The notes beneath the pieces were generated by a model, which was not told where the DNA came from, searched no databases, and saw nothing but the letters and a program-made list of their open reading frames with translations. Positions 38,787 through 48,526 of a stretch of 64,000 bases of DNA are shown one piece after another. The position numbers and the translations under genes were made by a program. The stretch comes from Myxococcales bacterium (GTDB taxonomy: Bacteria; Myxococcota_A; Polyangia; Fen-1088), in NCBI GenBank assembly GCA_003142855.1, contig PLNW01000122.1, positions 6,213 through 70,212 of the forward strand, in the 5' to 3' direction. Positions within the stretch are counted from its first letter, which is position 1. Each line of letters opens with the position of its first letter.

Positions 38787-40532
38787 CTAGAACTGCCCCT
38801 GTGACACCAGACCCGGGACCAAGGACCAGCGGCCGTCGGTGGTCTGCACCGGCAGGGCGCCGGGCAAGGGCATGCCCCGGGCCGGATGCGTTTGTGCGAG
38901 ATTGTCCTCGTGTTTGTCGTCGTGTTTGTCGTATTTCCAGGTCAGGAACAAGCCGGTCGCCAGGCCGACTGCGCTTCCGGCAAGGGCGTAGCGGGCCATT
39001 TGCGGTCCGATCTCGGCGTTTCCGCACACCCCCTTGTTGCCCTGACCCGAAACGCACATCTGTAGGAGCGCGCCGGTGAAGCCACCCGCCACCGCGGCCA
39101 AATCAATCAGCATGACCCGCTGCCAGCTCGGCCCGTAGGACCGCTGGTCAGGCAAGTAGGCCAGCGCCAACCCGGTCGCCAAGCCTACGTTTATGCCGGC
39201 CAGCATGCCCCAGCCGACGCGGGGTATTCTCGTCGTTTTGGTGTCCGTAGTTGCTGTGCTGGTGGTCGTGACGGATTCCAGAGAGAACCCCATGGCCGGA
39301 ATTGCCAGCACCCCTGCCAGCGCACCCAGGAACGCTCCACTCTGGATCATGGCGACGCGACCGTAGTTGGGCGCGTGGTCGTCCAGCCACCAGCCCGCCA
39401 CCGACCCGGCGCTCAGACCCACCACGCCGCCCAGCCACGCGCCCGAGACGCTCTGGGTGAGCGCCAGCCCCAGCGAAAGCCCTTCCACATCGCCAATCCA
39501 ACCGCTGCCGATGCGAAACAGGGCCAGGTTGTCTTGAATGTAGGCAGGTACCAGAGCTGCCGAGATCACGCCCGCGCCGATGCCACCGGCCAGAGCGCCG
39601 GCAGCTATCAAGGTCAGGTTCCCGGCCTGGCCGGGGCTGAGCCGCGTGGTCACCGCCATGCCTCCACCGATTGCGCCGATGCCGATCCAGAAGCCGATCA
39701 GCTCGGGCCGCCCTGAGCGCTGCAGGTAGGACAGGGGAAAATCCACCTTGAGCTGTTGTCCCGGCGCCAGCGACACCACGTCATGGCGGGCAATGTGGTA
39801 GTTGGCCTCGGCGTAGATTTCGTAGTCCCCTGGGTCCACGAACTGTGCGTAGGGGTTCTGCGTGCGGTTGCCTCGCACATAGAGGGTGGCGTTGCTGGGA
39901 CTGGTGTGGACCTCGAGCCGTGCGGGGATGGGATCCAACTTGAAGAACAGGGGCTTGGTCTCGGCCACGTCGATGGTGATGTCCCGTTCCTGCCTGACGA
40001 AGTTGGGTTTGCTGACCGTCACCCGGTAGCGGCCACGCGGCACGCGAAACTCGTTGGGCGCCTCGCCGGTGAAGACTTGGCCTCCACCTTCGATGCGAAC
40101 CTGTACCTGATCGGGCACGGTGTTGATCGCCAGCACGCCGGGCCGGTGGTTGATGGCCTCGATGCGCAGGCGCGCGATGTCGGCCAGTTCCTCGCTCGTC
40201 GGCTGCGCCAAAAACTCTTGATAGTTTGCGCGCGCCTCTTTGAGCAAGCCCAGGTGGTACTGGCACTGCGCGATCATGAACAGGTTTGCCTTCTTGGGCA
40301 CCAGCTCGTTGGCGAGTTGGAACTCGACCAGGGCCTGTTCTTTGTTGCCAGCCTCGAAAAGACTGACGCCGGCTTGGTAGTGCTGGTGGGCTTGCGCGGC
40401 GGGATCGGCGTCCTGCGCTTGCGCCGACGTGCCCGCGACCAAGAACGCCAGCAGCGGGGCCGCGAACAAGAATGCACGCGACGGTGTGCTTCTCGGACAA
40501 AGGCAACAAAGAGCGGGCACGATCGAGTTCAC
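38787..40532 (-). CDS. TPR + PEGA domain membrane/outer-membrane protein
   Basis: Signal peptide, TPR helices, two PEGA-like repeats, Gly-rich hydrophobic C-terminus; GTGA overlap with the kinase gene. Confidence 0.75.
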   Translation of the reverse strand: MNSIVPALCCLCPRSTPSRAFLFAAPLLAFLVAGTSAQAQDADPAAQAHQHYQAGVSLFEAGNKEQALVEFQLANELVPKKANLFMIAQCQYHLGLLKEARANYQEFLAQPTSEELADIARLRIEAINHRPGVLAINTVPDQVQVRIEGGGQVFTGEAPNEFRVPRGRYRVTVSKPNFVRQERDITIDVAETKPLFFKLDPIPARLEVHTSPSNATLYVRGNRTQNPYAQFVDPGDYEIYAEANYHIARHDVVSLAPGQQLKVDFPLSYLQRSGRPELIGFWIGIGAIGGGMAVTTRLSPGQAGNLTLIAAGALAGGIGAGVISAALVPAYIQDNLALFRIGSGWIGDVEGLSLGLALTQSVSGAWLGGVVGLSAGSVAGWWLDDHAPNYGRVAMIQSGAFLGALAGVLAIPAMGFSLESVTTTSTATTDTKTTRIPRVGWGMLAGINVGLATGLALAYLPDQRSYGPSWQRVMLIDLAAVAGGFTGALLQMCVSGQGNKGVCGNAEIGPQMARYALAGSAVGLATGLFLTWKYDKHDDKHEDNLAQTHPARGMPLPGALPVQTTDGRWSLVPGLVSQGQF

Positions 40533-41884
40533 TCGTCACTTTGGTAGGGCGAAGGCGCGACGGTGTCGTCGGCCTTCGACTTCTTGCCTCGCTCGACAGG
40601 GCCGGATGAGGCTGCAGCAGTGGAGGCGCGAGGGCTATGCGGCTTGGCCACGCGTCGGCCGCGCTCGGATGCCGTGGGCGCTGGCGCGGGAAGGGTGGCC
40701 GGGGCCGGATGAGCCGCAAGCGCAGCCGCGGGCGGCGTCTCCGACGGGGCCGGCTTGGCCGGCGCCGGCGCCACGGGAGCTTCCGCCGGCTGAGGCTCAC
40801 CGCCGCCTGCCAAAGCCACGGCGATCGCCGCGCCCAGCGCCAACACGCCCAGAGCCGCCAACGGCCAGCGCAGGCGATGCCGGGCGGGCGTTGGCGCGGG
40901 CTCGGCTGCGTCCCGCAACGCGACCGTCGAATCCCCGGCCAGCAGTCGTTCCAGATCATGCTCGAATTCGGCCATCTGCTGGTAGCGCTTGTCGCGGTTC
41001 TTCTCAAGCGCGCGCATGACCACGCGGTCAACTGCGGCCGGTATGCCCAACTCGGGCCGAAGCTGCGACGGCGACACGGTTTCCTGCGTGAGCACCTGCG
41101 AGATCACCCCCAGGTAGTTGTTGGCGCGAAAGGGAACTTCTCCCGTCAGGCACTCATACAGCATCAGCCCCGCGCTCCAGATGTCGGCCCGGTGGTCCAC
41201 ATCGTCGCCGCCCCGAGCCTGTTCCGGAGACATGTACAGCGGCGTGCCCAGCACGGTCCCGGTGCGCGTCAGGCGCTGCAAGTCCGCTCCTCCGTCCTCG
41301 CGCGACTGCACGGCCTTGGACACGCCGAAGTCCACCACCTTCACGAAGTCGACGTCGCCCCGTCGCACCAGGTAGATGTTTTCGGGCTTCACGTCGCGGT
41401 GGACGATGCCCTTGGCGTGGGCTGCCGACAGCGCGCTGCAGACCTGCCGGAGGATTCCCAAGCTCCGTTCCACGGGCAGAGGCGCGTCGCGCATCACCAA
41501 CTGGGCCAGGGCCTCGCCGTCGAGAAACTCCATGACCACGAACGCGCGACCATCGCTGGTGGTGCCATAGTCGGTGACGTCCACGATGTTCTCGTGACCG
41601 ATTGAGCTCGCCAGCCGCGCCTCTTGCAGCAGGCGGGCAACCAGTTCTTGGTTCTCAAGGAACTTTTCCAGCAACACCTTGACCGCCACGCGTTTCCCGA
41701 TGATCGCGTGGCGCGCCTCGTACACCGCGCCCATGCCGCCTTCTCCGATTCTGCGCACAATGGCGTAGCGTTCGGCCAAGACGGTCCCCACCAGCGGATC
41801 GAATCGCTCCGCTCCCTCCGCAGACGCGCTCCCGGACGGCGTGTGCGGCGTCGTTTCGGACAGGGAAGGATCGACCTCGGCCAT
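40529..41884 (-). CDS. Membrane-anchored Ser/Thr protein kinase
   Basis: GEGGMG, VAVK, HRDVKPEN, DFG, GTPLYMSPE, TM segment, Pro/Ala tail. Confidence 0.95.
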   Translation of the reverse strand: MAEVDPSLSETTPHTPSGSASAEGAERFDPLVGTVLAERYAIVRRIGEGGMGAVYEARHAIIGKRVAVKVLLEKFLENQELVARLLQEARLASSIGHENIVDVTDYGTTSDGRAFVVMEFLDGEALAQLVMRDAPLPVERSLGILRQVCSALSAAHAKGIVHRDVKPENIYLVRRGDVDFVKVVDFGVSKAVQSREDGGADLQRLTRTGTVLGTPLYMSPEQARGGDDVDHRADIWSAGLMLYECLTGEVPFRANNYLGVISQVLTQETVSPSQLRPELGIPAAVDRVVMRALEKNRDKRYQQMAEFEHDLERLLAGDSTVALRDAAEPAPTPARHRLRWPLAALGVLALGAAIAVALAGGGEPQPAEAPVAPAPAKPAPSETPPAAALAAHPAPATLPAPAPTASERGRRVAKPHSPRASTAAASSGPVERGKKSKADDTVAPSPYQSDE

Positions 41885-41942
41885 GGTCGCACGCATTGTA
41901 GCCCGCTCCGGGCCCAAAAACACGCGCAGGGGGCCAATCCGC

Positions 41943-41971
41943 TTGACGAACCAGGGTGTCGCCCGTAGCTT
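41943..41971 (+). promoter_or_regulatory. Sigma70-type promoter of ahcY (near-leaderless)
   Basis: TTGACG-N17-TAGCTT, 10 nt before ATG, no SD. Confidence 0.6.
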
Positions 41972-41981
41972 TTCCGGCCTC

Positions 41982-43238
41982 ATGTCCAACTGCAAGATTG
42001 CCAATCCCAAGCTGGCCGATGCCGGCCGTCTCCGTATCGAATGGGCCGAGAGCCGCATGCCGGTTCTCCTGCGTCTGCGCGAGGAGGGCCGCAAGACGCA
42101 GCCCCTGCGCGGAATGAAGGTCGCGGGCTGCCTGCACGTCACCAAGGAAACCGCGGTGCTCATCCGCACGATTCTCGCGGCGGGCGCGGAGGTGTCGTGG
42201 TCCGGCTGCAATCCTCTCTCCACTCAGGACGACGTGGCCGCTGCCCTGGCCGCCGAAGGCACATCCATCTATGCCTGGCACGGCCTGACCAAAGACGAGT
42301 TCTACTGGTGTATCGACAAGACCCTGGAGATGAAGCCCACCCTGACTCTCGATGACGGCGCTGACCTCATCTTCAGTGTGCATGACCGCCACCGCGAGCT
42401 GGTCAAGACGGTCATTGGCGGCACCGAAGAAACCACCACGGGCGTGCACCGTCTGCGCTCCATGGCCAAGGCGGGCAAACTGCTCTACCCGGTCATCGCG
42501 GTCAACGACAGCGAGACCAAGTGGGACTTCGACAACGTGTACGGCACCGGTCAGTCGTCGCTGGACGGCATTCTGCGCGCTTCGTCGGTGCTCATCGCGG
42601 GCAAGACCTTCGTGGTCGCCGGCTACGGCCATTGCGGCAAGGGCGTGGCCATGCGCGCGCGCGGCCTGGGCGCCAACGTCATCGTCACCGAGATCAAGCC
42701 GACGGCCGCGCTCAAGGCCATTCTCGACGGGTTCCGGGTCATGCCCATGGACGAGGCCGCCAAACTCGGCGACATCTTCATCACCGCGACCGGCATGAAG
42801 GACGTCATTGTGGGCCGCCACTTCGACGTGATGAAAGAAGGCGCGCTGGTGTGCAACACCGGCCACTACGACTGCGAGATCAACCTGGTCGAGCTGGAGG
42901 CGCGGGCCAAGAGCAAGCGCGAGATCCGCTTCGCCAACGAAGAGTACGTGCTCAAGAACGGTGTCCGCGTCTACATCCTGGCCCAGGGCAGACTGGTCAA
43001 CCTGGCCGCAGCCGAGGGACACCCGTCCGAAGTCATGGATATGTCGTTCGCCAACCAGTACCTGGCCCTGTGCAAGCTGGCCCGCGACGGCAAGAGCATG
43101 AAGCCGGCGGTGTACGAGCTGTCCCCCGAGCAGGATCAGGAACTAGCGTTGATCAAGCTCGGCACCCAGGGCATCCGTATCGACAAGCTCACCCCCGAGC
43201 AGGTCAAGTACCAAGACGATTACTCGTCCGGGACATAG
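41982..43238 (+). CDS. ahcY: Adenosylhomocysteinase
   Basis: GCLHVT, CNPLSTQD, DDGAD, EETTTG, FDNVYGTGQS, GYGHCGKG, GRLVNL..EGHPS.VMDMSF. Confidence 0.98.
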   Translation: MSNCKIANPKLADAGRLRIEWAESRMPVLLRLREEGRKTQPLRGMKVAGCLHVTKETAVLIRTILAAGAEVSWSGCNPLSTQDDVAAALAAEGTSIYAWHGLTKDEFYWCIDKTLEMKPTLTLDDGADLIFSVHDRHRELVKTVIGGTEETTTGVHRLRSMAKAGKLLYPVIAVNDSETKWDFDNVYGTGQSSLDGILRASSVLIAGKTFVVAGYGHCGKGVAMRARGLGANVIVTEIKPTAALKAILDGFRVMPMDEAAKLGDIFITATGMKDVIVGRHFDVMKEGALVCNTGHYDCEINLVELEARAKSKREIRFANEEYVLKNGVRVYILAQGRLVNLAAAEGHPSEVMDMSFANQYLALCKLARDGKSMKPAVYELSPEQDQELALIKLGTQGIRIDKLTPEQVKYQDDYSSGT

Positions 43239-43390
43239 CTCACGGGCGCGACCAAAGGCGTGTGAGGAGATTCATCTCGACAGCTACCCGCCGTCGAGAA
43301 CGCAGAGGTGAGAGGGAAGGCCACAGAGTCGGAGAGAACGCAGCGATGCTCCGGCGTTCTGAAGGAATCTTCGCGGTCTGCGAAGAAACG
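43239..43390 (-). repeat. Dispersed repeat family A, full-length copy
   Basis: Reverse complement aligns with 8046-8134 and 8303-8347; begins immediately after the ahcY stop. Confidence 0.85.
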
Positions 43391-43408
43391 CTCTCTGTGG
43401 TGAAGAAG

Positions 43409-44329
43409 CTAACCAATCCCGACGGTGCTGTCGGGGGCGATGCGAATGCCGTCGTCGCGCACGAACGCATTGGGCAGGACCATGATGTCGCCCCGGCGAA
43501 CTCGGTCCAGGGCTTGGTTCGCGGCTGAGCGATCGCGATCCAGGCGCATAAGCACAAGACGACCCGTGGCGCCGCAAACGAAAAAGCGCAAACGTCCCTT
43601 GTCCTTGAGCGGATCGCTCACGACGCGATAGCGGTTGCGGTCGACTTCCTTGGTGCCGGATTGGCGCAGAATCAGGTAGCTGAAGTCCACCCGCGAGCGG
43701 CCGGCGACCACAACTTCGGCGCTGTCGTGGCACCAATCGCGATCGCGCAGCAGCGCCGGACACGGCGTCTGGCAGAAGCAAGGCGCCGCCACGTGAAGTC
43801 CGGCGGCCAGCAGTCGATCGCGCACGCCCAAGAGCGCCCGCGAGGTGTCGCGCAGTGCCGGCTCGATCACGATGCACGTCCCATCAGGTTCCAACAATTC
43901 GCGGCACCAACCCGCCACCAGTTGCGCCCGTCCGTCGAGGTTCAGACTCCTGCCCAGTTCATTCAGTAGATGCGCGGCCACGATCAGGTCGAAACAACCG
44001 CTCACGCCCGCCGGACGCACACCGCGAAGCACGTCGGCAACGAAGATCCCGGGGCCAGCAACCTTGTCCACTGCTACCAACTCGACAGCGTCGCCGAAGC
44101 AACTTCGAACCACCCGCGCGGTTGCTCCGGTGCCTGCGCCCAGGTCCAGCACGCGGCGAGGCAGGCGCAGCTCAACCTGTCCCAGGATTCGGCGCAGCGC
44201 CGCCTCGGTCCGCGGCGCAATCTCGCTGTCGTATTCCCGGCGCAGATGGGGCTGGGACAGATACCGAGAACCCACCAGCGTGCGGTCGCCCACCAGCCCG
44301 CGGTGAATGCGCGTCTTGCTTGGGCGCAT
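43409..44329 (-). CDS. Rsm22-family SAM-dependent methyltransferase
   Basis: VLDLGAGTG, LLNEL, VIEPA..TSR.L..RD, APC..CP..DWCH, FSYL. Confidence 0.8.
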   Translation of the reverse strand: MRPSKTRIHRGLVGDRTLVGSRYLSQPHLRREYDSEIAPRTEAALRRILGQVELRLPRRVLDLGAGTGATARVVRSCFGDAVELVAVDKVAGPGIFVADVLRGVRPAGVSGCFDLIVAAHLLNELGRSLNLDGRAQLVAGWCRELLEPDGTCIVIEPALRDTSRALLGVRDRLLAAGLHVAAPCFCQTPCPALLRDRDWCHDSAEVVVAGRSRVDFSYLILRQSGTKEVDRNRYRVVSDPLKDKGRLRFFVCGATGRLVLMRLDRDRSAANQALDRVRRGDIMVLPNAFVRDDGIRIAPDSTVGIG

Positions 44330-44344
44330 CGACGAAGTCGGCTA

Positions 44345-45382
44345 CTAGCCGAACAGCTTGAGAACCAGAGGTTTCAGATCACTGAAGGTGACCACGACCA
44401 GAAGGCCCATGAGCAGCATGATGCCGACCATGTGAATCTTGGCCTCGAGGATGGGGTTGACGTCGCGTCTACGGACGGCGCCAACCGCCAAGAAAACCGC
44501 CCGGCCTCCGTCGAGTCCAGGAATGGGCAGCAAATTGAACACGGCCAAGGCCACCGCAATGAGCAAGACGATTTCGAGGAACCTCGACGCGCCCTGCTGG
44601 GCAGCGTTCGCCATCTCGCGCGCGATCCCGACCGGTCCGCTCAGCCCGCCTTTCACCTTGCCGGTTATGAGATCCCACAGATTGGTCAGGATGCCCGTGG
44701 CCACCGCGACCGGCAGCAGCGCTGATTCCTTGAATGCCAGGAGTATCGGCCCGCGCGCACGCACCACGCCGAACTTGACTCCGATCATGTAGACGCTGCT
44801 GGCCGGATCCTTGCGAGGCGCGACCGTTGCCGTCACCGGGCTACCCCCTCGCATCACTTTGACCGTCACAGGCGCGCCGGCGGATCCCCTGACGATCTTG
44901 GTGACCGCTGACGACTCAGCCACAGACTTGCCGTTTATCTCGGCCAAGGCGTCCCCGGCACGAAGCCCAGCTTCTTGAGCCGCGCTGCCCGGCAGCACTT
45001 CATCAATGGTCGTGGTTCCAGTGGGCTGGCCGTATCCGATAATAACGATCAGAGCGATCAGAAAAGCGGTCAGGTAGTTGGCTGCCGGTCCTGCCAGCAA
45101 GACCAGGAACCGCATCCAGCGCGGCCGGTTGGGATAGACGCAAGGATCATCGTGGTCGAATTCCTCGTGGGGGTTCAGCCCGGTGATCTGCACGAAGCCC
45201 CCAAGCGGGACGGGCGCGATCTGGTAGATCGTGTCACCGCGCTTGAAGGAAGCGAGAGGCTTTCCAAAGCCAATCGAGAATCGCTCGACCCGCATGCCGC
45301 AAAGACGCGCGACCGTGAAATGACCCGCCTCGTGCAACACGATGAGCAAGGCGAGCCCTAGAATTGCCAGAAGAATGGACAT
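44345..45382 (-). CDS. rseP: RseP-like M50 intramembrane metalloprotease with PDZ domain
   Basis: HEAGH, FSIGFG, AGPAAN, PDZ, GPVGI, NLLPIPGLDGG. Confidence 0.93.
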   Translation of the reverse strand: MSILLAILGLALLIVLHEAGHFTVARLCGMRVERFSIGFGKPLASFKRGDTIYQIAPVPLGGFVQITGLNPHEEFDHDDPCVYPNRPRWMRFLVLLAGPAANYLTAFLIALIVIIGYGQPTGTTTIDEVLPGSAAQEAGLRAGDALAEINGKSVAESSAVTKIVRGSAGAPVTVKVMRGGSPVTATVAPRKDPASSVYMIGVKFGVVRARGPILLAFKESALLPVAVATGILTNLWDLITGKVKGGLSGPVGIAREMANAAQQGASRFLEIVLLIAVALAVFNLLPIPGLDGGRAVFLAVGAVRRRDVNPILEAKIHMVGIMLLMGLLVVVTFSDLKPLVLKLFG

Positions 45383-45508
45383 GCAGAGACGAACTCTAGC
45401 AGGGTTTGCCCGCCGGTCACACGCCAGGAATGCGCGGCCGTGCCGCATGCCGCTGGCTGGCCGCTCGGGAGAAGCTGGCAGAACCAGCGGGTCTTGCGCC
45501 TGCTGGCT

Positions 45509-46420
45509 CTATTCTTTGGTTCGTTCCGCCAGCGTCCCCGCCAGCTTCTTCGCCGCTTGCAGGACCAGCACCGCGATATCCGAGACTCGCTGTTCAGCGA
45601 AGGTGGCCGCCGAGGCCGACACACCAATGACAGCCGCCAGCACACCGCCGCTGGCCCAGACTGGCGCGGCCAGGGAGCGCATGCCCTCTTCATACTCCTC
45701 ATCGTCCATGGCGTAGCCCTGCTTCACGATCCGGCCACACTCGGTTGCAAGCGCCTCGGCCGTGATCAGGGTCCGCCGGGTTCGCGCCTGCAGGGGCGCG
45801 CTCCCCAGCACCCTCTCCAGACACGCCCGCGGCCCGAAGGCAAGGAACACCTTGCCAAAGGCAGAGCAATGCAAATCCATCGGCGCGCGCATCCCGCTGC
45901 CCGCACACGGGGCATGAGGGCTGTCGCAGGTTTCCATCATTACGACCTTGTCCCCGGCCAGCAGCGCGAGATAGGCAGCTTCTCCTGTGACCTGCGAGAG
46001 CTCCTTCAGCGCAGGCATCGCGGCAGCGCGTACCGCCGTATCTGCCATGGAACGCAGCCCCGTGCGCAGCTCTGGGCTGGCAACAAAATCGAATCCATGG
46101 CGCTGCAGGAGTCTCTCGGCCGCAAGCGTGTGCAGGATTCGCAGCACGGTGGTGCGCGGCATCTTGAGACGGCGTGCGACCGCAGAGGACGACAGATACT
46201 CGTCAGATGCCGCAAACAGGCGCAAGACATGACAGGCCCGAGCCAGGTTGGGAATTCGATATTCCCTAGTCACTACGCCCGGCACAGCTCGCTCGGATGA
46301 GCTCGGGCGGTCGGCGCGCCGCAAGGAGCGACTGGTCGGGCTTGCCAGTGCTGCGACGCTGGGGACTCCTGGGTCCTCCGGTATCATCCATGCCGGAGCT
46401 GCCTTCAGGTTTGTCTCCAT
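45509..46420 (-). CDS. IclR-family transcriptional regulator
   Basis: HTH 'MPRTTVLRILHTL'; HCSAFGKVFLA; GYAMDDEEYEEG.RSLAAPV; GGAGGTG RBS. Confidence 0.92.
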   Translation of the reverse strand: METNLKAAPAWMIPEDPGVPSVAALASPTSRSLRRADRPSSSERAVPGVVTREYRIPNLARACHVLRLFAASDEYLSSSAVARRLKMPRTTVLRILHTLAAERLLQRHGFDFVASPELRTGLRSMADTAVRAAAMPALKELSQVTGEAAYLALLAGDKVVMMETCDSPHAPCAGSGMRAPMDLHCSAFGKVFLAFGPRACLERVLGSAPLQARTRRTLITAEALATECGRIVKQGYAMDDEEYEEGMRSLAAPVWASGGVLAAVIGVSASAATFAEQRVSDIAVLVLQAAKKLAGTLAERTKE

Positions 46421-46634
46421 GTTTCTCACCTCCGCGCCTAGGCGCCGTAGGAAAAGGGGCAGAATTCAGACGAGGCTACGCGACCAAAGCCAGCCCCTGT
46501 TTTCATCTGCCGCGGTTGATTTATCACTTGGCGGGTTAGGGGCTCTCGGCTCAAGAAATCCGTGTACCTATGTGACAGCCACGGCTGCCGACTTGCGCTT
46601 TTTTTGACGCGATTGGCTGTGGCGTTCGGCAGCT

Positions 46635-47726
46635 CTACGCCTTGGCCCGTGCGATCTCCGCGGCCAGCGCTGATGGATTCTCGGGTACGACCAGGGTGAG
46701 GCGCTCGTGGCCGGCCAACTCGGGCAGCCCGCCCAGCGCCGACGCGATCACAGGCAAGCCAGCGGCCAGCGCCTCACGTACCACGACCGGCGCACCCTCG
46801 CTGCGGCCGTTGGACAATGAGCGGCTGGGATGAACGAAGAGGTCAGCGGCGGCCATCCACTCTGCCAGCGTTGCGGCACTGACCAGGCCAGGCCAGCGAA
46901 GGTCTACCGCGCAGGCCGTGGCCAACCGCCGCAGCCTGGGCTCCTCAGGGCCGGTGCCAGCGATCACCAAGGTTGGCCGCTCTCTCGCAGGCAGATGCCC
47001 CATCGCATGCACCAGCACATCGTAGCCCTTGATGGGAACCATCCGTCCCGCTGCGAGCACAGTGAACCCCTGCAGTCCCAGACGACTACGCAGGCTGTGG
47101 CGCTCGGCAACAGGTCGCGGCCGAAACAGCGAGGAATCGTAGGGGGCCGGCTGCACAAAGGTGCGTGCCCCAAGGGACTCTGGCGTGTCGCCGCACAGAC
47201 GTGCGAAGCGGTCGCGCAGGTCCGCACTGGCGAACACCAGCTCAGCCCCGCTGCGACAGAGAAGGCGGGCCAGGCTCGCGCCGCCAGGCACGCGTGCGAG
47301 CAAGAACACGTCGCCACCATGGGCGTGCGCACGATGGCGGAGATGGGGTGCCACCGCGCAGGCCACCAGGGCCGAAGGGACCAGCCAGTGGCTTTCCACC
47401 GCGCTCCACCCGGCTGCGCGTCGTGCGGCCAGCGCCGTCATGCCCGCGCTGAAATGCACAGCTTCCAGCCAGGCGCGCGCGCGCTGTCCAGGGGCGCCAC
47501 TCTCCAGAGCTTCGGGTGCACCGTCGGCGTAGAAGATCTCCGCCGCGCCCGCCGTGGGAACCCGAAACACGCGGACCGTGCCCTGGCTGGTCTCGCTCTC
47601 CGCGCCGGCTGCGATGACCTCCAGCGCCTGTCCCGCGGCCGCGAGCGCACGCACGCGCGTGCGAACAAAAGAGCCCGCATAGTCATCAGGACTGCGGGGG
47701 TAGGAAGTGCAGAGGACGCCAATCAC
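46635..47726 (-). CDS. Family 4 glycosyltransferase
   Basis: TSYPR, HWLVPS, HGGD, AGRMVPIKG, SEGAPVVVREALAAGLPV. Confidence 0.9.
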   Translation of the reverse strand: MIGVLCTSYPRSPDDYAGSFVRTRVRALAAAGQALEVIAAGAESETSQGTVRVFRVPTAGAAEIFYADGAPEALESGAPGQRARAWLEAVHFSAGMTALAARRAAGWSAVESHWLVPSALVACAVAPHLRHRAHAHGGDVFLLARVPGGASLARLLCRSGAELVFASADLRDRFARLCGDTPESLGARTFVQPAPYDSSLFRPRPVAERHSLRSRLGLQGFTVLAAGRMVPIKGYDVLVHAMGHLPARERPTLVIAGTGPEEPRLRRLATACAVDLRWPGLVSAATLAEWMAAADLFVHPSRSLSNGRSEGAPVVVREALAAGLPVIASALGGLPELAGHERLTLVVPENPSALAAEIARAKA

Positions 47727-48493
47727 GTGGGAGGCAGCTCGGCCAAGGTCTGAGACCGCCAAACCCGCCGCGCGAGGCTGCGGCGCAGCCGCGCGCAGAA
47801 GGCACGCATGAGCAGCAGGCCAAGCGGCACCAGCACGCGCGAAATACGGATGCCCGAACGCCAGGCCGGCCCATAGACCGGCCGCACAGGCACGTCGACA
47901 GCGCGGGCACCCGCCGCAGCCAGGCGAACCAGCAGATCGTTGGGATACCCGTAGCGGGGGAACACCGGGCCGGCGGCAATGGCGTCCAGCGCCCGTCGGT
48001 TGGCCGCCGTGTAGCCGCATTGCGAGTCGAAAAGGTGAGTGTAGCCCGAGGCCAGCCGGGTCAGGTGCGAAAGCACGAAGTTGCCCACCAGCCGATGCAG
48101 CGGCATCACCCGGCACACACCCGGCCAAGCAAATCGGTTGCCCTTGGCATAGTCGGCGCGGCCGGAAACCACCGCACCCACCAGCGCGGCCAGGTCCGCA
48201 GGATCCATCTGCGAGTCCCCTGCCATCACCGCCGTGACGTCCGCGCCCAGGGCACGCGCCCGCGCATAGCCCGTGGCAATGGCCGCACCCACGCCGCGAT
48301 TCCGCTGGTGGCTGAGCACTTCCAGGCCGCGTCTCCGGCTGCGCCGGGCGATGCGCGGGGTACCGTCCGTGCTGCTGTCATCGACCACGATCACGTGATC
48401 CACGAACCCCGGAACAGAGCGCACCGTGCGCGTGATCTTCTGTGCCTCGTTGAAGGCGGGCACCACGACGACAATGCGACGGCCGGAAAACAT
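47723..48493 (-). CDS. Family 2 glycosyltransferase
   Basis: VVPAFNE, VVDDSSTD, NRGVG, MAGDSQMDP, DSQCGY. Confidence 0.92.
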   Translation of the reverse strand: MFSGRRIVVVVPAFNEAQKITRTVRSVPGFVDHVIVVDDSSTDGTPRIARRSRRRGLEVLSHQRNRGVGAAIATGYARARALGADVTAVMAGDSQMDPADLAALVGAVVSGRADYAKGNRFAWPGVCRVMPLHRLVGNFVLSHLTRLASGYTHLFDSQCGYTAANRRALDAIAAGPVFPRYGYPNDLLVRLAAAGARAVDVPVRPVYGPAWRSGIRISRVLVPLGLLLMRAFCARLRRSLARRVWRSQTLAELPPT

Positions 48494-48526
48494 GGCAGAG
48501 GAGAGCGCGATCGGGAGTGGAGGGAA

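Noticed and set aside
41885-41981. SAH riboswitch upstream of ahcY
   Set aside because: The 97-bp gap is filled by two divergent promoter motifs, leaving no leader
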